Origin: a virus
Strand: one strand, 5' to 3'
Length of the DNA: 64,000 nucleotides
Virus record (IMG/VR): IMGVR_UViG_3300005573_000004
Coordinates: 32,001 to 96,000 of that record
Shown here: piece by piece, positions 38,412 to 47,920 of the stretch
How positions within the stretch are numbered: the first letter of the stretch is position 1
How the letters are laid out: each line of letters opens with the position of its first letter
Made by a program: the position numbers and the translations under genes
The notes under the pieces: generated by a model
The model's database searches: none
Told to the model about the DNA's origin: nothing
The model's input: only the letters and a program-made list of their open reading frames with translations

Positions 38412-39575
38412 ATGACAAGACAAGATTTAATTGTAAAAGCATACGTGCATTATGCAGGTATACCAAGATTTGATGATAAGATATTTAAGCAGTTTGTAGG
38501 AGAATTTCCGGAATTGATTCGTGAATTTCCGAAAGCTCAACTACGTCAAATGATTGTACGCGGTGCCGAAGCGTTTAGGGATGAAATTGATCCAGTAATT
38601 GATATTAATGAAATTCGCAAAAATGTTGGGAGAGAAAATACCGAACTTGAGTATTTTTTTAATCATGCTCCTACACGCTTAAAAGCTTTTATTGATCATT
38701 TTAAGACTTTTCCGTTTAAATCGGCATCAAACAAATCTATAGTGAAGAAATCTATTTTAACTGTCTATGGAGAAGATGTTCAAAATCCAGAGTCTACAAT
38801 GAATAAAAATTTAGATAAAGAATTATCCGATATTTTAAATTCTGATGCTACTAATCCGTCCACAACTCCAGAAACTCCAAATACTTCAGATATTTTAGAT
38901 ACTTCAGAGACTAAAAATACTTCCGAAACTACTCTAGGAGAAGATATAAAACCTGAAGGAGAGTCTACGGCAGAGTCTTTACCTCCAGAAATAGAAGACG
39001 AAGCAGTTGCAACGCTAAATGGATATTTACAAAAGGATGTCTTTAATAACAAGCTTATACCAGTAGTAAAAATTGTAGAAGCGTGGAAACTCCAAAACGG
39101 CTATATAGTAACTTTTGAACTTTCCTCCTTAGATAAATCAAAAAAAGTTTATGCGTCAGCTGTTGTTTATAATGATAAATTAGTTCTTCCTGCTGAATTA
39201 CGAGATGAAAATGATCAAGTTATTGGTGAATTTAATAAAGATACTATTCTTAATGTATTTGCTGAGACAGAAAGTGAAATGCCTACTGATTCCGACAATT
39301 ATCAGGATCTTATGAGTGAAATGATAAAAACCAGATCACCAGCAAAAGCGAGTAAAATACTTGATAAGATTATACAGAGATTTGGAGCAGAAGTTGGCAG
39401 AAATGCTTTTGATACTTTTACCAGGGTTAAATATAAGAAAACTTCTGCTGATCCAATTAGACCTGCAGATTTATTAGATGTTAAATTTGCGTCAGATTTC
39501 CCGGATTTAGAGTTTGAAGAAACTATGGATCCAGATACCAAAAAAATTATGGATAATCTAAGGAGGAAGAAATAA
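38412..39575 (+). CDS. hypothetical (putative head-associated) protein
   Basis: AAGGAGG RBS; acidic linker. Confidence 0.6.
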   Translation: MTRQDLIVKAYVHYAGIPRFDDKIFKQFVGEFPELIREFPKAQLRQMIVRGAEAFRDEIDPVIDINEIRKNVGRENTELEYFFNHAPTRLKAFIDHFKTFPFKSASNKSIVKKSILTVYGEDVQNPESTMNKNLDKELSDILNSDATNPSTTPETPNTSDILDTSETKNTSETTLGEDIKPEGESTAESLPPEIEDEAVATLNGYLQKDVFNNKLIPVVKIVEAWKLQNGYIVTFELSSLDKSKKVYASAVVYNDKLVLPAELRDENDQVIGEFNKDTILNVFAETESEMPTDSDNYQDLMSEMIKTRSPAKASKILDKIIQRFGAEVGRNAFDTFTRVKYKKTSADPIRPADLLDVKFASDFPDLEFEETMDPDTKKIMDNLRRKK

Positions 39576-40504
39576 TGAAAGTTTATTCTTATAATAATCA
39601 GTTAGTCGCGATCTTAAAAGAAACTCCAGAAACTGTAACATTTATTACTGCATCTGGAGATATAAAAGAGATACCGCAAAGCAAAGCTATAGTAGAAGAA
39701 GCAAAACTTATTACAGCTGGAGTTTATAATGATAAATTTATCCAAGCAGCACTTGGCGGTTTGGTTTCTGCTCCAAAGTATATTAAAAAGACTGGTGGTC
39801 TTATGTTATATGTAGGCAAACACGGTATTGCTTATGTTGAGCCACAGGGAAAAGGTTTAGTTAAGTATGCTATTGGAGTAGATAGTGGTGCATTTGTAAA
39901 TCCAGAAGAAGTTAATAAGAAAAAGATTCCTCACGGTAAAGAACCAGATTGGGATAAAGATAAACTCTTTAAAGAAGACATGAGAAAAGATAACGGCAAG
40001 GGTGGGAAGAATACGAAAAAGCCTATGGATGAAATTGATGATTTAGAAAGTATGGACTCTTCAGTTCCTGAAACTTTAGATATAGCAGATCCGAATGAAC
40101 AACTTGGTCAGGTTAAATCCATAGTATTGAAATGGGATAGTCCTAAAATAGATGGGTCTATTGAAGATATTAAGAGCATGTTTGGGGAAGGAAAACCGCT
40201 TCCAGAACCTACTAGTATTGTTATAGATACTGGTGAGGAACGTATTACAAGTAAGAAAACTTTAAATACAGCTTCTATACAAGAACGTATAAAAACAGCA
40301 CGTTCTGTAGGGGCTCCAGGTTTAGGTCTTACTCCTACTATGTCACATACATGCCCGAAATGTCAAAGTTTATTAATGTATAAATGGGATCCTCAGAAAC
40401 AAGAAACATTATTAGTTTGTCCTGTTTGTGGTTATACGGAAAGATATGAACGAGATGAAGAAACCCAAAGAACGATTCCAATAGAAAAAAGAGAAACCAA
40501 CTAG
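39575..40504 (+). CDS. hypothetical protein with C-terminal Zn ribbon
   Basis: CPKC...CPVC. Confidence 0.65.
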   Translation: MKVYSYNNQLVAILKETPETVTFITASGDIKEIPQSKAIVEEAKLITAGVYNDKFIQAALGGLVSAPKYIKKTGGLMLYVGKHGIAYVEPQGKGLVKYAIGVDSGAFVNPEEVNKKKIPHGKEPDWDKDKLFKEDMRKDNGKGGKNTKKPMDEIDDLESMDSSVPETLDIADPNEQLGQVKSIVLKWDSPKIDGSIEDIKSMFGEGKPLPEPTSIVIDTGEERITSKKTLNTASIQERIKTARSVGAPGLGLTPTMSHTCPKCQSLLMYKWDPQKQETLLVCPVCGYTERYERDEETQRTIPIEKRETN

Positions 40505-40517
40505 AGGGAGTTTTCTA

Positions 40518-40913
40518 ATGCCAATTCCAGATGGTTTGTTAGATACATTAAAATATGTTAGAACTGATGGAGTTTCACGAGCTTGCCCTGTTTGTGGTGC
40601 TCCAATGGAACATATAACAGATGGATTGAACGTAATTAATAAATGTTTTCAGTGTGGTTTTTCTGAAAAGCCTACTGGAGATATTAGTAATCAACATAAA
40701 TATGATCATACAATTACTATTGTAACAGCTTTTCTACAGAAACGAGGATTTTTTGAATTATATCAGCCTTTAGATGAAAAACTTTTTAATTCATTGATTT
40801 CTGCTGGTAGAGATACTGAAACAGCTAGGGAGGAAGTAATTAGAGATTTAGATTTAAAAGGAGAAGCTTTGGAATATTTTAATTCAAAAGTAGATTTTTT
40901 AGGTAATTTGTAA
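40518..40913 (+). CDS. Zn-ribbon hypothetical protein
   Basis: CPVC...CFQC. Confidence 0.65.
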   Translation: MPIPDGLLDTLKYVRTDGVSRACPVCGAPMEHITDGLNVINKCFQCGFSEKPTGDISNQHKYDHTITIVTAFLQKRGFFELYQPLDEKLFNSLISAGRDTETAREEVIRDLDLKGEALEYFNSKVDFLGNL

Positions 40914-40931
40914 CAAAGGAGGTAGCTGACT

Positions 40932-41627
40932 ATTAAATTTGAAGAAGTCCTTTTACATCCTTATTATGATACTATCAAACAGAAATGTTTTGCTGATGAA
41001 CCAGCTACTGAAATCTCTAATTGGATTAAAAATACAGTAGATGCAGATGCTAATATTCCACAAGAAAAGAAAACGGATTATTATGTTTCTGATAGAAAAA
41101 TAAGTGCATATAAAAAGTTATTGCAGGAACAGACAAAAGATATTATGGTGAGTATGGAAAAACCTATGGCTGTACTTCCTACTCAACCTATTTCTGCAAA
41201 ACAAATTGATATACAGCATAACGAAGGTGCTGTATTAAAACCTATTATTTCAAAAGATATTGAACGAAATATATTAAATGTAAATGAAACATTCTTAAAT
41301 TTAGCTAGCACAGTTGAAGATCTTATTCAAAAATTATTAAAAGAAGAAGCTCAGTTTGGGGTTAGAGATACTGGAATGATTAGAACGATTCGTAGCCTTT
41401 TAGCAGAACTTAGGCAATTACTTGAACTTTATTGTAAATTAACTGGGCGTGAAGATTTTGCTAAATCTTTGGGTAGTAATTTGGGAGAAGCTGCAGCTAA
41501 AAATATTATTAATAAAGAAACTAAAGAGAAACTGATGGTATATATACGAAATCTTGTGGCTGATTTAAATCCTGAAGCTATATCAAAAACTCTTGCAGAA
41601 TTGGAGGCTATTTTGCGTGGCGAGTAA
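40932..41627 (+). CDS. Hypothetical protein (231 aa) with probable ATT start; candidate DNA-binding or small-terminase-like protein
   Basis: The frame of track ORF 41121 stays open back to the stop at 40923; AAAGGAGGT RBS 8 nt before ATT AAA TTT GAA (MKFEEVLLHP...). Confidence 0.6.
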   Translation: MKFEEVLLHPYYDTIKQKCFADEPATEISNWIKNTVDADANIPQEKKTDYYVSDRKISAYKKLLQEQTKDIMVSMEKPMAVLPTQPISAKQIDIQHNEGAVLKPIISKDIERNILNVNETFLNLASTVEDLIQKLLKEEAQFGVRDTGMIRTIRSLLAELRQLLELYCKLTGREDFAKSLGSNLGEAAAKNIINKETKEKLMVYIRNLVADLNPEAISKTLAELEAILRGE

Positions 41628-42585
41628 TTCATATATAAATCCATTTATGTTATCTATTGAGCCTGGTAAAAAACGCAAACATCATTCTGAAGGAATGAAA
41701 GATGTTAAACGTCAAGAGATTAATAACGAAGGATATGCCAAAGAAATAGGTTCGGGCACAGATGAAACTGGATATGGGGAAAATGATAAAGACAAGGCTC
41801 CTTGGATGAAAAATCTACATCAATTTTTATCAGGTCCAGATAGTATGAACCCAGATATGAAAAACATGCCTGGAAATCCATATTATTCTTATACTAGTAG
41901 CGGATATAGTTATTATGGAATGATACGTCGTGCAGTTATAGAAACTGTGAAAGAGAAAGTAAGAAATGCTCTTGATCGTGCCAAGAAAGAAGGAATAATA
42001 GACAAAGATCAAAGTATTTTTGACGTTAAGATTGATATTCCTGGAGTTGGTCCAGTAACATATGATCAACTTACTGAGGCTATGGCTGAAAAAGCTCTAA
42101 AGATATTAAACAAAATGATATCAGAAAAACATAAAACAAAATCAGAGGAATCAGAAGGAGCTTTAGGTTCTGATAAATTGCCTGATTTAGGACTTGGAGG
42201 TTTAGGTAATGTAGGAGGACCAGGAGGATCAGAAGGCAGCAGTTTAGGTGGTGCTTCAGAAGGTGGAGATCCAGCTGCAGAACTAGATGAAGCTCTAAAT
42301 GCTCTTCAACAACTGAACGCTTCATTTAATTTAAATATAAAAACAGGAAAAGGTAATAAACAGCAATTTCCAATTTCAGGCGAAACAGATGAAAAACATA
42401 AAAAACGTAAAATGGTAGAACAATTGAGTAAAGATGAAGAAGAGGAAGTAGAATTCTATAAAACACAGCACGAACCGAATTTAGAGTCAAAACCATATAT
42501 TCAGGATGGTAATGGAAATACTAATCCTGAGCAAGCATTTGCAAATGATCCTATGTGGAATAATGTTTATATGTGGATGGGCTAA
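41617..42585 (+). CDS. hypothetical protein with Gly-rich linker
   Basis: GTG 41617 with GGAGG RBS, in frame with track ORF 41593. Confidence 0.6.
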   Translation: MASNSYINPFMLSIEPGKKRKHHSEGMKDVKRQEINNEGYAKEIGSGTDETGYGENDKDKAPWMKNLHQFLSGPDSMNPDMKNMPGNPYYSYTSSGYSYYGMIRRAVIETVKEKVRNALDRAKKEGIIDKDQSIFDVKIDIPGVGPVTYDQLTEAMAEKALKILNKMISEKHKTKSEESEGALGSDKLPDLGLGGLGNVGGPGGSEGSSLGGASEGGDPAAELDEALNALQQLNASFNLNIKTGKGNKQQFPISGETDEKHKKRKMVEQLSKDEEEEVEFYKTQHEPNLESKPYIQDGNGNTNPEQAFANDPMWNNVYMWMG

Positions 42586-42591
42586 TTGGTC

Positions 42592-42765
42592 ATGGAAAAA
42601 ACTGATTTATTAATTCAAAGGATTACAAAGTTAGTAAGAGAATTGCCTCAAGGGGCAATGACATATGAATTAGAACTTTTGTTCACTGAATTAACCAAAC
42701 AAATTGATAAAATTCGCAAGGAGGCTAAAAAGCAATGCAAGACAAAATTATCAAACAAGGAATAG
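42592..42765 (+). CDS. 57-aa hypothetical protein
   Basis: MEKTDLLIQRITKLVREL... fills the gap between genes. Confidence 0.5.
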   Translation: MEKTDLLIQRITKLVRELPQGAMTYELELLFTELTKQIDKIRKEAKKQCKTKLSNKE

Positions 42766-44249
42766 GATCGGATGTATTTCCTTCTGGAACGTTTATAGCT
42801 AATTTAGCTATTGAATTAGCAAGAAGGATGATACGTAATGGCGAAAGGATTTCACATTTAATTGATGAGGTAAAAGAACGGTATAAAAATATAACCGACC
42901 AAGACATTTATGCTCTTTTATCTGAATTACAGAAATTAGGTTTTGATGTTACGCCTAATGAATGGTTGTATTTAACTCCAGTAGAATATCGTGCAGCTAT
43001 GTTAAAAAATCTTAATATTGTGAAAAATGCTAAAATCTATGGTAGTCGTTATGAGGATATTATAACTGCCATTAAAGAAACCAAAGAAGAACTTAAAGCT
43101 TGCAATGACTGGCTTGACGAAAATAATGATGCGCGTGTATTAAATCCGCAGACTTATTATAGTTATTATGAAATGAGAAACAATTTAGAGAAAAAATTAG
43201 AAGATTTACAGAAAGCTTTACAATTAAGCAAATCAGCAAAAGTATATGATAGGACTTATGCTGGTGGAGCAGTACCGCTTCGTCCGCTTAATTTAGTTAT
43301 AGATGATAAAGTTAGTTTTATATCATTTGATGATAAAAATCAACTCATTAAAAGTGCAGCTGAAGATTTACAAGACAAATCTTCTGTTGAAGAAGCGAAG
43401 CAACAGGAAAAAGTAGACATACCTCTAGTTAGAGCTTTTGAAAAACTAGGTGATATGGAAGCTCTTAAACCTTTTTGGTGGGATTTTAAGAAAAACTTTG
43501 GAGAGATTTATGATGATCCAGATAGAATAGCTGAAGCAATTGATGAATTATTGGAGTATATTGATCGTACCAAAGCAGAAAAAGATATGTCTCCAGAGGA
43601 AGTAAATGAAGCATATGAGGTTATAAATGATTTTATAGAACAGCAAGCCAAGAAAGGAATAAAATTAGAAACTAAAATTAACGAGTATTTAGATACTAGC
43701 ATGGACACATCTGATGAAGACGAAGATGAGGAACCTATAAATGCTCGCGAATCTGGGTTACCCGCAGAGGAATCTCCAATTAATATAGGAGAATCTATCG
43801 GTTCTGATATTGGCGGAAATGCTCCTAAATCAGAAGGGCAATTAGCAGTTACAACGTCTAATAAAAACCGTGTAGTTGTTGGAAACTATTTAGATAAAGA
43901 TGTTGCTAAATCTTTACAATATATTAATAAGATCAATGAAATTTTATCTAATGTCCGTGCAAGTACATCTATTCCAAAAACTGCACACGTAGATAAGGCT
44001 ATTGATAATTTACAGGGTTCTTTAAAAGATATAAAGAACTACATTGAAACAGAACTTCCATTTAATTCAGATGTAGAGCGAAAAGCTGCTCGTACTGTCT
44101 TGAGTAATATAATGAAGAAGTTATCTGTTTTAATAGATCTCTATACAGATGAAAAAGGATCAGACGAGCTTATGAAATATATAGCTTCTTCTGATTTTCT
44201 TAAAACTATAAAATCAGCAAAGATTTTATTAACTACTATAGGTGAATAA
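42735..44249 (+). CDS. hypothetical (putative head/scaffold-like) protein
   Basis: AAGGAGG RBS; 504 aa, acidic and helical. Confidence 0.6.
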   Translation: MQDKIIKQGIGSDVFPSGTFIANLAIELARRMIRNGERISHLIDEVKERYKNITDQDIYALLSELQKLGFDVTPNEWLYLTPVEYRAAMLKNLNIVKNAKIYGSRYEDIITAIKETKEELKACNDWLDENNDARVLNPQTYYSYYEMRNNLEKKLEDLQKALQLSKSAKVYDRTYAGGAVPLRPLNLVIDDKVSFISFDDKNQLIKSAAEDLQDKSSVEEAKQQEKVDIPLVRAFEKLGDMEALKPFWWDFKKNFGEIYDDPDRIAEAIDELLEYIDRTKAEKDMSPEEVNEAYEVINDFIEQQAKKGIKLETKINEYLDTSMDTSDEDEDEEPINARESGLPAEESPINIGESIGSDIGGNAPKSEGQLAVTTSNKNRVVVGNYLDKDVAKSLQYINKINEILSNVRASTSIPKTAHVDKAIDNLQGSLKDIKNYIETELPFNSDVERKAARTVLSNIMKKLSVLIDLYTDEKGSDELMKYIASSDFLKTIKSAKILLTTIGE

Positions 44250-44250
44250 T

Positions 44251-44988
44251 ATGGCATTTCCTTATGATCTTTTAGTTCCTAAAATTAAAAAAGACGGTGG
44301 GAAATTTGTAACTGAAACTAAAGATATTGATCCGACTACTCATAAAATTATACTTAGTAATTATGCTCGTGGACGTGAGATTTTGTCAGATGGAAGAGTC
44401 CTTTCTTCCAGTATTAGAGTAACAAAAGGTGGTATAATTTACACTGAGATATTTGATACTCCAGTGCCAGATGGTCCATATTTCTATCACTATGAAGATA
44501 CCTCACTTAATGTTGATAGCAGTGTTTTATTATTTGGCCAACATGAATCTGGTACAGTAACTATTTCATATGAAACTCGTGGTGATTATATTTTAGCAGA
44601 ACGGCATAATCTAATTGAGAGTGATTTAGCTGCTATAGAAAAATTACTTTCATCTAATGGAGCAGGATTTAAAGGTATTTTAGTTGGGAGTATTCCAGAC
44701 AGTAGTTGGACTAATTATATTATTAATGCTGGTCCAAGTGTATATGGCAAAATAATTGATGTATCAGCATATACCAATAACGCTGCTACGGCAATTGTCC
44801 AGATAACATTAGGATTTAATAGTGATACTTCTACAAATTTGCCAACATCTCCAGTTTTTTCTATTACTGGGGCAAAGATAGACAGTGGTCGTTTTTTAAC
44901 TTCTAGCGAAATACTTATTGCTACATCTGAACAGCCGGGATCTACAACTGGAACAAAGTTTCTTAATTATACAATAATAATTCCGTGA
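44251..44988 (+). CDS. Putative virion structural protein
   Basis: Beta-rich, with TISY.T.G....A..HN....LAAIEK.L shared with ORF 55331. Confidence 0.55.
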   Translation: MAFPYDLLVPKIKKDGGKFVTETKDIDPTTHKIILSNYARGREILSDGRVLSSSIRVTKGGIIYTEIFDTPVPDGPYFYHYEDTSLNVDSSVLLFGQHESGTVTISYETRGDYILAERHNLIESDLAAIEKLLSSNGAGFKGILVGSIPDSSWTNYIINAGPSVYGKIIDVSAYTNNAATAIVQITLGFNSDTSTNLPTSPVFSITGAKIDSGRFLTSSEILIATSEQPGSTTGTKFLNYTIIIP

Positions 44989-45036
44989 CCTGCCTTTGTA
45001 TAAAGGTAGAGGTCTCCTTAGCATAAGGAATAATTT

Positions 45037-45074
45037 CATAAAAATACCGAAATTTGTCGTCTATATATAGTAGA
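45037..45074 (+). promoter_or_regulatory. Phage-specific promoter-like motif, copy 4
   Basis: CATAAAAATACCGAAATTTGTCGTCTATATATAGTAGA, upstream of the transglycosylase and after two hairpins (44987-45029). Confidence 0.65.
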
Positions 45075-45141
45075 AGGCTAAAAATTTGATAAAGGTGTTT
45101 CTCCTGAAGGGAAATTTAGTTATTTAAGGAGGAAGATTAGA

Positions 45142-45744
45142 ATGAAGAAAGTGAATATACCGAGAGAAAAAAGATGGGTTCATCTGATTTGTTTAATTCT
45201 CGTACCTATACTTTCGATATTAGGTAGTCCTCAGATATCAAACGAAGCAGTATACAAAGTAAATACGATGCACGATTATATAGAACAATATTTGAAACTT
45301 TTTCCTAATTTAGAATATGCTGAAGTAGTAGCTGTTATTAATAAAGAAAGTGGAGGAAAAGCGGATTTGGTAACATATGAAAAGTCCGTAAAAGATTATA
45401 GTTATGGTCCAATGCAAGTTCGTGGTAAAACTTTGAGGGCTATGGGATTTCGTGGTGATTTTAGACAGATTCTTAATTATGAAAATGGAATTTATTGGGG
45501 AATGAAGTTTTTAAGTATATGTAAAGAAAATGTAACTAGAGAATATATGAAGACTCATAAAGTAAAAAATAAGCATGCTATTAGAAAACGCACTTTTGCA
45601 ACTTATAATGCTGGAGGAGTTTATTGGCGTACAGGATACGTAGGCGAAAAATATATTAATCATTCATATGTTCGTGCGTGTGAATGGCATTATTGGAAAT
45701 TGTATAAATATAATAAATTCTTTTCTCCTGCAAATAATATATAA
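45142..45744 (+). CDS. Lytic transglycosylase (SLT) with N-terminal membrane anchor; endolysin candidate
   Basis: INKESGG (catalytic Glu), YGPMQV and ATYNAG; hydrophobic N-terminal segment. Confidence 0.85.
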   Translation: MKKVNIPREKRWVHLICLILVPILSILGSPQISNEAVYKVNTMHDYIEQYLKLFPNLEYAEVVAVINKESGGKADLVTYEKSVKDYSYGPMQVRGKTLRAMGFRGDFRQILNYENGIYWGMKFLSICKENVTREYMKTHKVKNKHAIRKRTFATYNAGGVYWRTGYVGEKYINHSYVRACEWHYWKLYKYNKFFSPANNI

Positions 45745-45762
45745 ATATAAAAAGGAGAATTT

Positions 45763-46158
45763 ATGAAAAAATTATTTTTCATATTAGCTTTGATAGGTTT
45801 ATTTTTTGCACATATTGAAATTTTTGCGGAAAACACTCCTACTCCAACTGCTACTATGACTAGCACTCCAGGAGTATTTTATATTTATAACTCTTTAGAT
45901 TTGTTTATAAATGAATCAAGAACTATTAATAATTTGTCTGGATCATATACTTGGACTAATAATTGGGGGAATCAGATAGTTCCAGATGTAACTTTAGAAT
46001 CTGGACCTATAGATGCTTATGAAGCGATAGTAAAATTTGATACAAATAATATTATAGTTACTGTAGTAGATAAATATGGTATTCCAGTAAGTTGTACTTT
46101 TACGCCTGCTGTGGTTAATATACGTGCATATAGAAATAGATCAGGGTTTACTTGGTAA
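45763..46158 (+). CDS. Secreted protein: signal peptide, TP linker and shared C-terminal domain
   Basis: MKKLFFILALIGLFFA signal, TPTPTAT linker, IIVTVVDKYG...CT motif. Confidence 0.65.
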   Translation: MKKLFFILALIGLFFAHIEIFAENTPTPTATMTSTPGVFYIYNSLDLFINESRTINNLSGSYTWTNNWGNQIVPDVTLESGPIDAYEAIVKFDTNNIIVTVVDKYGIPVSCTFTPAVVNIRAYRNRSGFTW

Positions 46159-46181
46159 AAATATATTAGGAGGTTTATTTT

Positions 46182-47333
46182 ATGGATATTGATGGAAAAA
46201 GACCTACGTTTCCAGATGGAGTTAAATTAAAAACAAACGATTTACTTAGTTTGCAAACTCAGCTTACTAGTATGGTTCAGGCTTTATCAAATATGTTTTC
46301 TGACGGAGTTATATCAGGTTTAACTCTTGAACAGGAAGGAGAGTATATATCATACGACTATGAACATAATCGTTGGGATTATGGAAAAGGAAGCGTACGT
46401 ATTCACGGTGGTATGGCTAAAGCTGAAAATGGTGAATTATTAATTATTGAAGAAGGTCAAATTCCTGATATATCTAATGATTTATTCTGGGATCAAACTA
46501 ATATTGGATCAGGTAGAGATATTTGGATTTATAAAGATGATGTAGAAAGTATAAAAACTAGGCCTGATATTATAGGTACTTCTAAAAGTGTACTAGAAAA
46601 AAATATTTATAAAGTAGCATATGGTAATTCTCCAAGTAAACAACCTTATTTTAAACTTTGTACTGTTACTAAATTAACTCCTGGATATCCGGCGTCAATT
46701 CAAAATAGTGTTACAATTAATTATGCTCTTAAGAGCTTGACGCATTCTAATTCATTATTTACAAATAGTACAACATATACCGGACCAAAACTCAAAGGAT
46801 ATGAAGCTTTAGTAGATCGGAGTGTTCCTGGAACAGCGCTTATTACACCAGGGACTATTACGAACGTTGAAATTGCTGATAATGCTATAACTACAAATAA
46901 AATTTTGAATCTTAGTGTTACAAAAGAAAAAATTAATGGAAATTTTAAAAGTCAAATATTTTCATTCAACGTACCTAAAGGAGGTTCTGTTATATGTGCA
47001 AATTTTAGCGGTGGAGGGGTGATATTTTATCCGGGAACTAGATTAAATGTAACTGGTATAGTTACCACTATTTCTGAGGGTGTTGATAGAGGTTTTTGGG
47101 TAGCATGGGGTGGTTATATTGCTAGTAATGGAAATCTTATTCCGCATTATGGAAGTCCAGAAACTAATTCTGTAGATTTATATGGTTTTAGTACGGATAG
47201 TGGACAGATATCCAATAGTGGTTGGCAATTAGTGTATCTTCCCAAGGATAGACTCTTAACGGCTAAAAATAATACAGGTTACGATGGAAGATATTGTCAT
47301 TTAGAAGTTACTATTTTTGGATACTATCTATAG
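46182..47333 (+). CDS. Putative tail/baseplate fiber-like protein
   Basis: N-terminal F.DG..L...DL..LQ...GVISGL pattern and ITNVEIADNAITTNKI repeats typical of phage tail proteins. Confidence 0.6.
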   Translation: MDIDGKRPTFPDGVKLKTNDLLSLQTQLTSMVQALSNMFSDGVISGLTLEQEGEYISYDYEHNRWDYGKGSVRIHGGMAKAENGELLIIEEGQIPDISNDLFWDQTNIGSGRDIWIYKDDVESIKTRPDIIGTSKSVLEKNIYKVAYGNSPSKQPYFKLCTVTKLTPGYPASIQNSVTINYALKSLTHSNSLFTNSTTYTGPKLKGYEALVDRSVPGTALITPGTITNVEIADNAITTNKILNLSVTKEKINGNFKSQIFSFNVPKGGSVICANFSGGGVIFYPGTRLNVTGIVTTISEGVDRGFWVAWGGYIASNGNLIPHYGSPETNSVDLYGFSTDSGQISNSGWQLVYLPKDRLLTAKNNTGYDGRYCHLEVTIFGYYL

Positions 47334-47352
47334 AAATAAAAGGAGGCTATCA

Positions 47353-47556
47353 ATGACTACAAATTCAAACAAGAAGGAAACACCGAAGGAAAAAATAAAA
47401 GAATTAGAGGAAAAGCTAAAAAATATGCCTGTCTATGAATGCGAAATATATTCTAGAGTCGTTGGATATTTCAGGCCTATAAAGCAATGGAATAAAGGAA
47501 AACAGACCGAATGGACTGACAGAACCAAATTCACTCCTGAATTTTTGGAGAAATAA
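47353..47556 (+). CDS. Stand-alone glycyl-radical domain of class III RNR (NrdD C-terminus)
   Basis: AGGAGG RBS; CEIYSRVVGYFRPIKQWNKGKQTEWTDR is the conserved NrdD glycyl-radical loop. Confidence 0.9.
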   Translation: MTTNSNKKETPKEKIKELEEKLKNMPVYECEIYSRVVGYFRPIKQWNKGKQTEWTDRTKFTPEFLEK

Positions 47557-47919
47557 ATGAAAAAGCTAATACTAATTTTTTTACTTATATATAGTTTGCT
47601 TTATGCTAATACTCTACCGAAACCATATTTATTTTATTTTAGAGTTCCTATTGGAGTGCACGTTGTTAGTCCAGAAAATTTAAATGTCAAAGCATTTACG
47701 ACTGGAACAAATGATGAAAATTTTAGCTATTATTGGATTTGTTTATATGGTGATACAACTGAAAATAATGAAATGGCATTTTTATATTGGATGAGAGCAT
47801 TATACGAAAATGCTCCTTCAGAATTAAAGCCTTATATGATTTTTGAAGAAATTGGTAGCAATACAGCTTCTGCACGATATGATGCTATAAGACACAATTT
47901 GATAGAATTAGGTTTCTAA
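47557..47919 (+). CDS. Secreted hypothetical protein
   Basis: Signal peptide MKKLILIFLLIYSLLYA. Confidence 0.6.
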   Translation: MKKLILIFLLIYSLLYANTLPKPYLFYFRVPIGVHVVSPENLNVKAFTTGTNDENFSYYWICLYGDTTENNEMAFLYWMRALYENAPSELKPYMIFEEIGSNTASARYDAIRHNLIELGF

Positions 47920-47920
47920 G

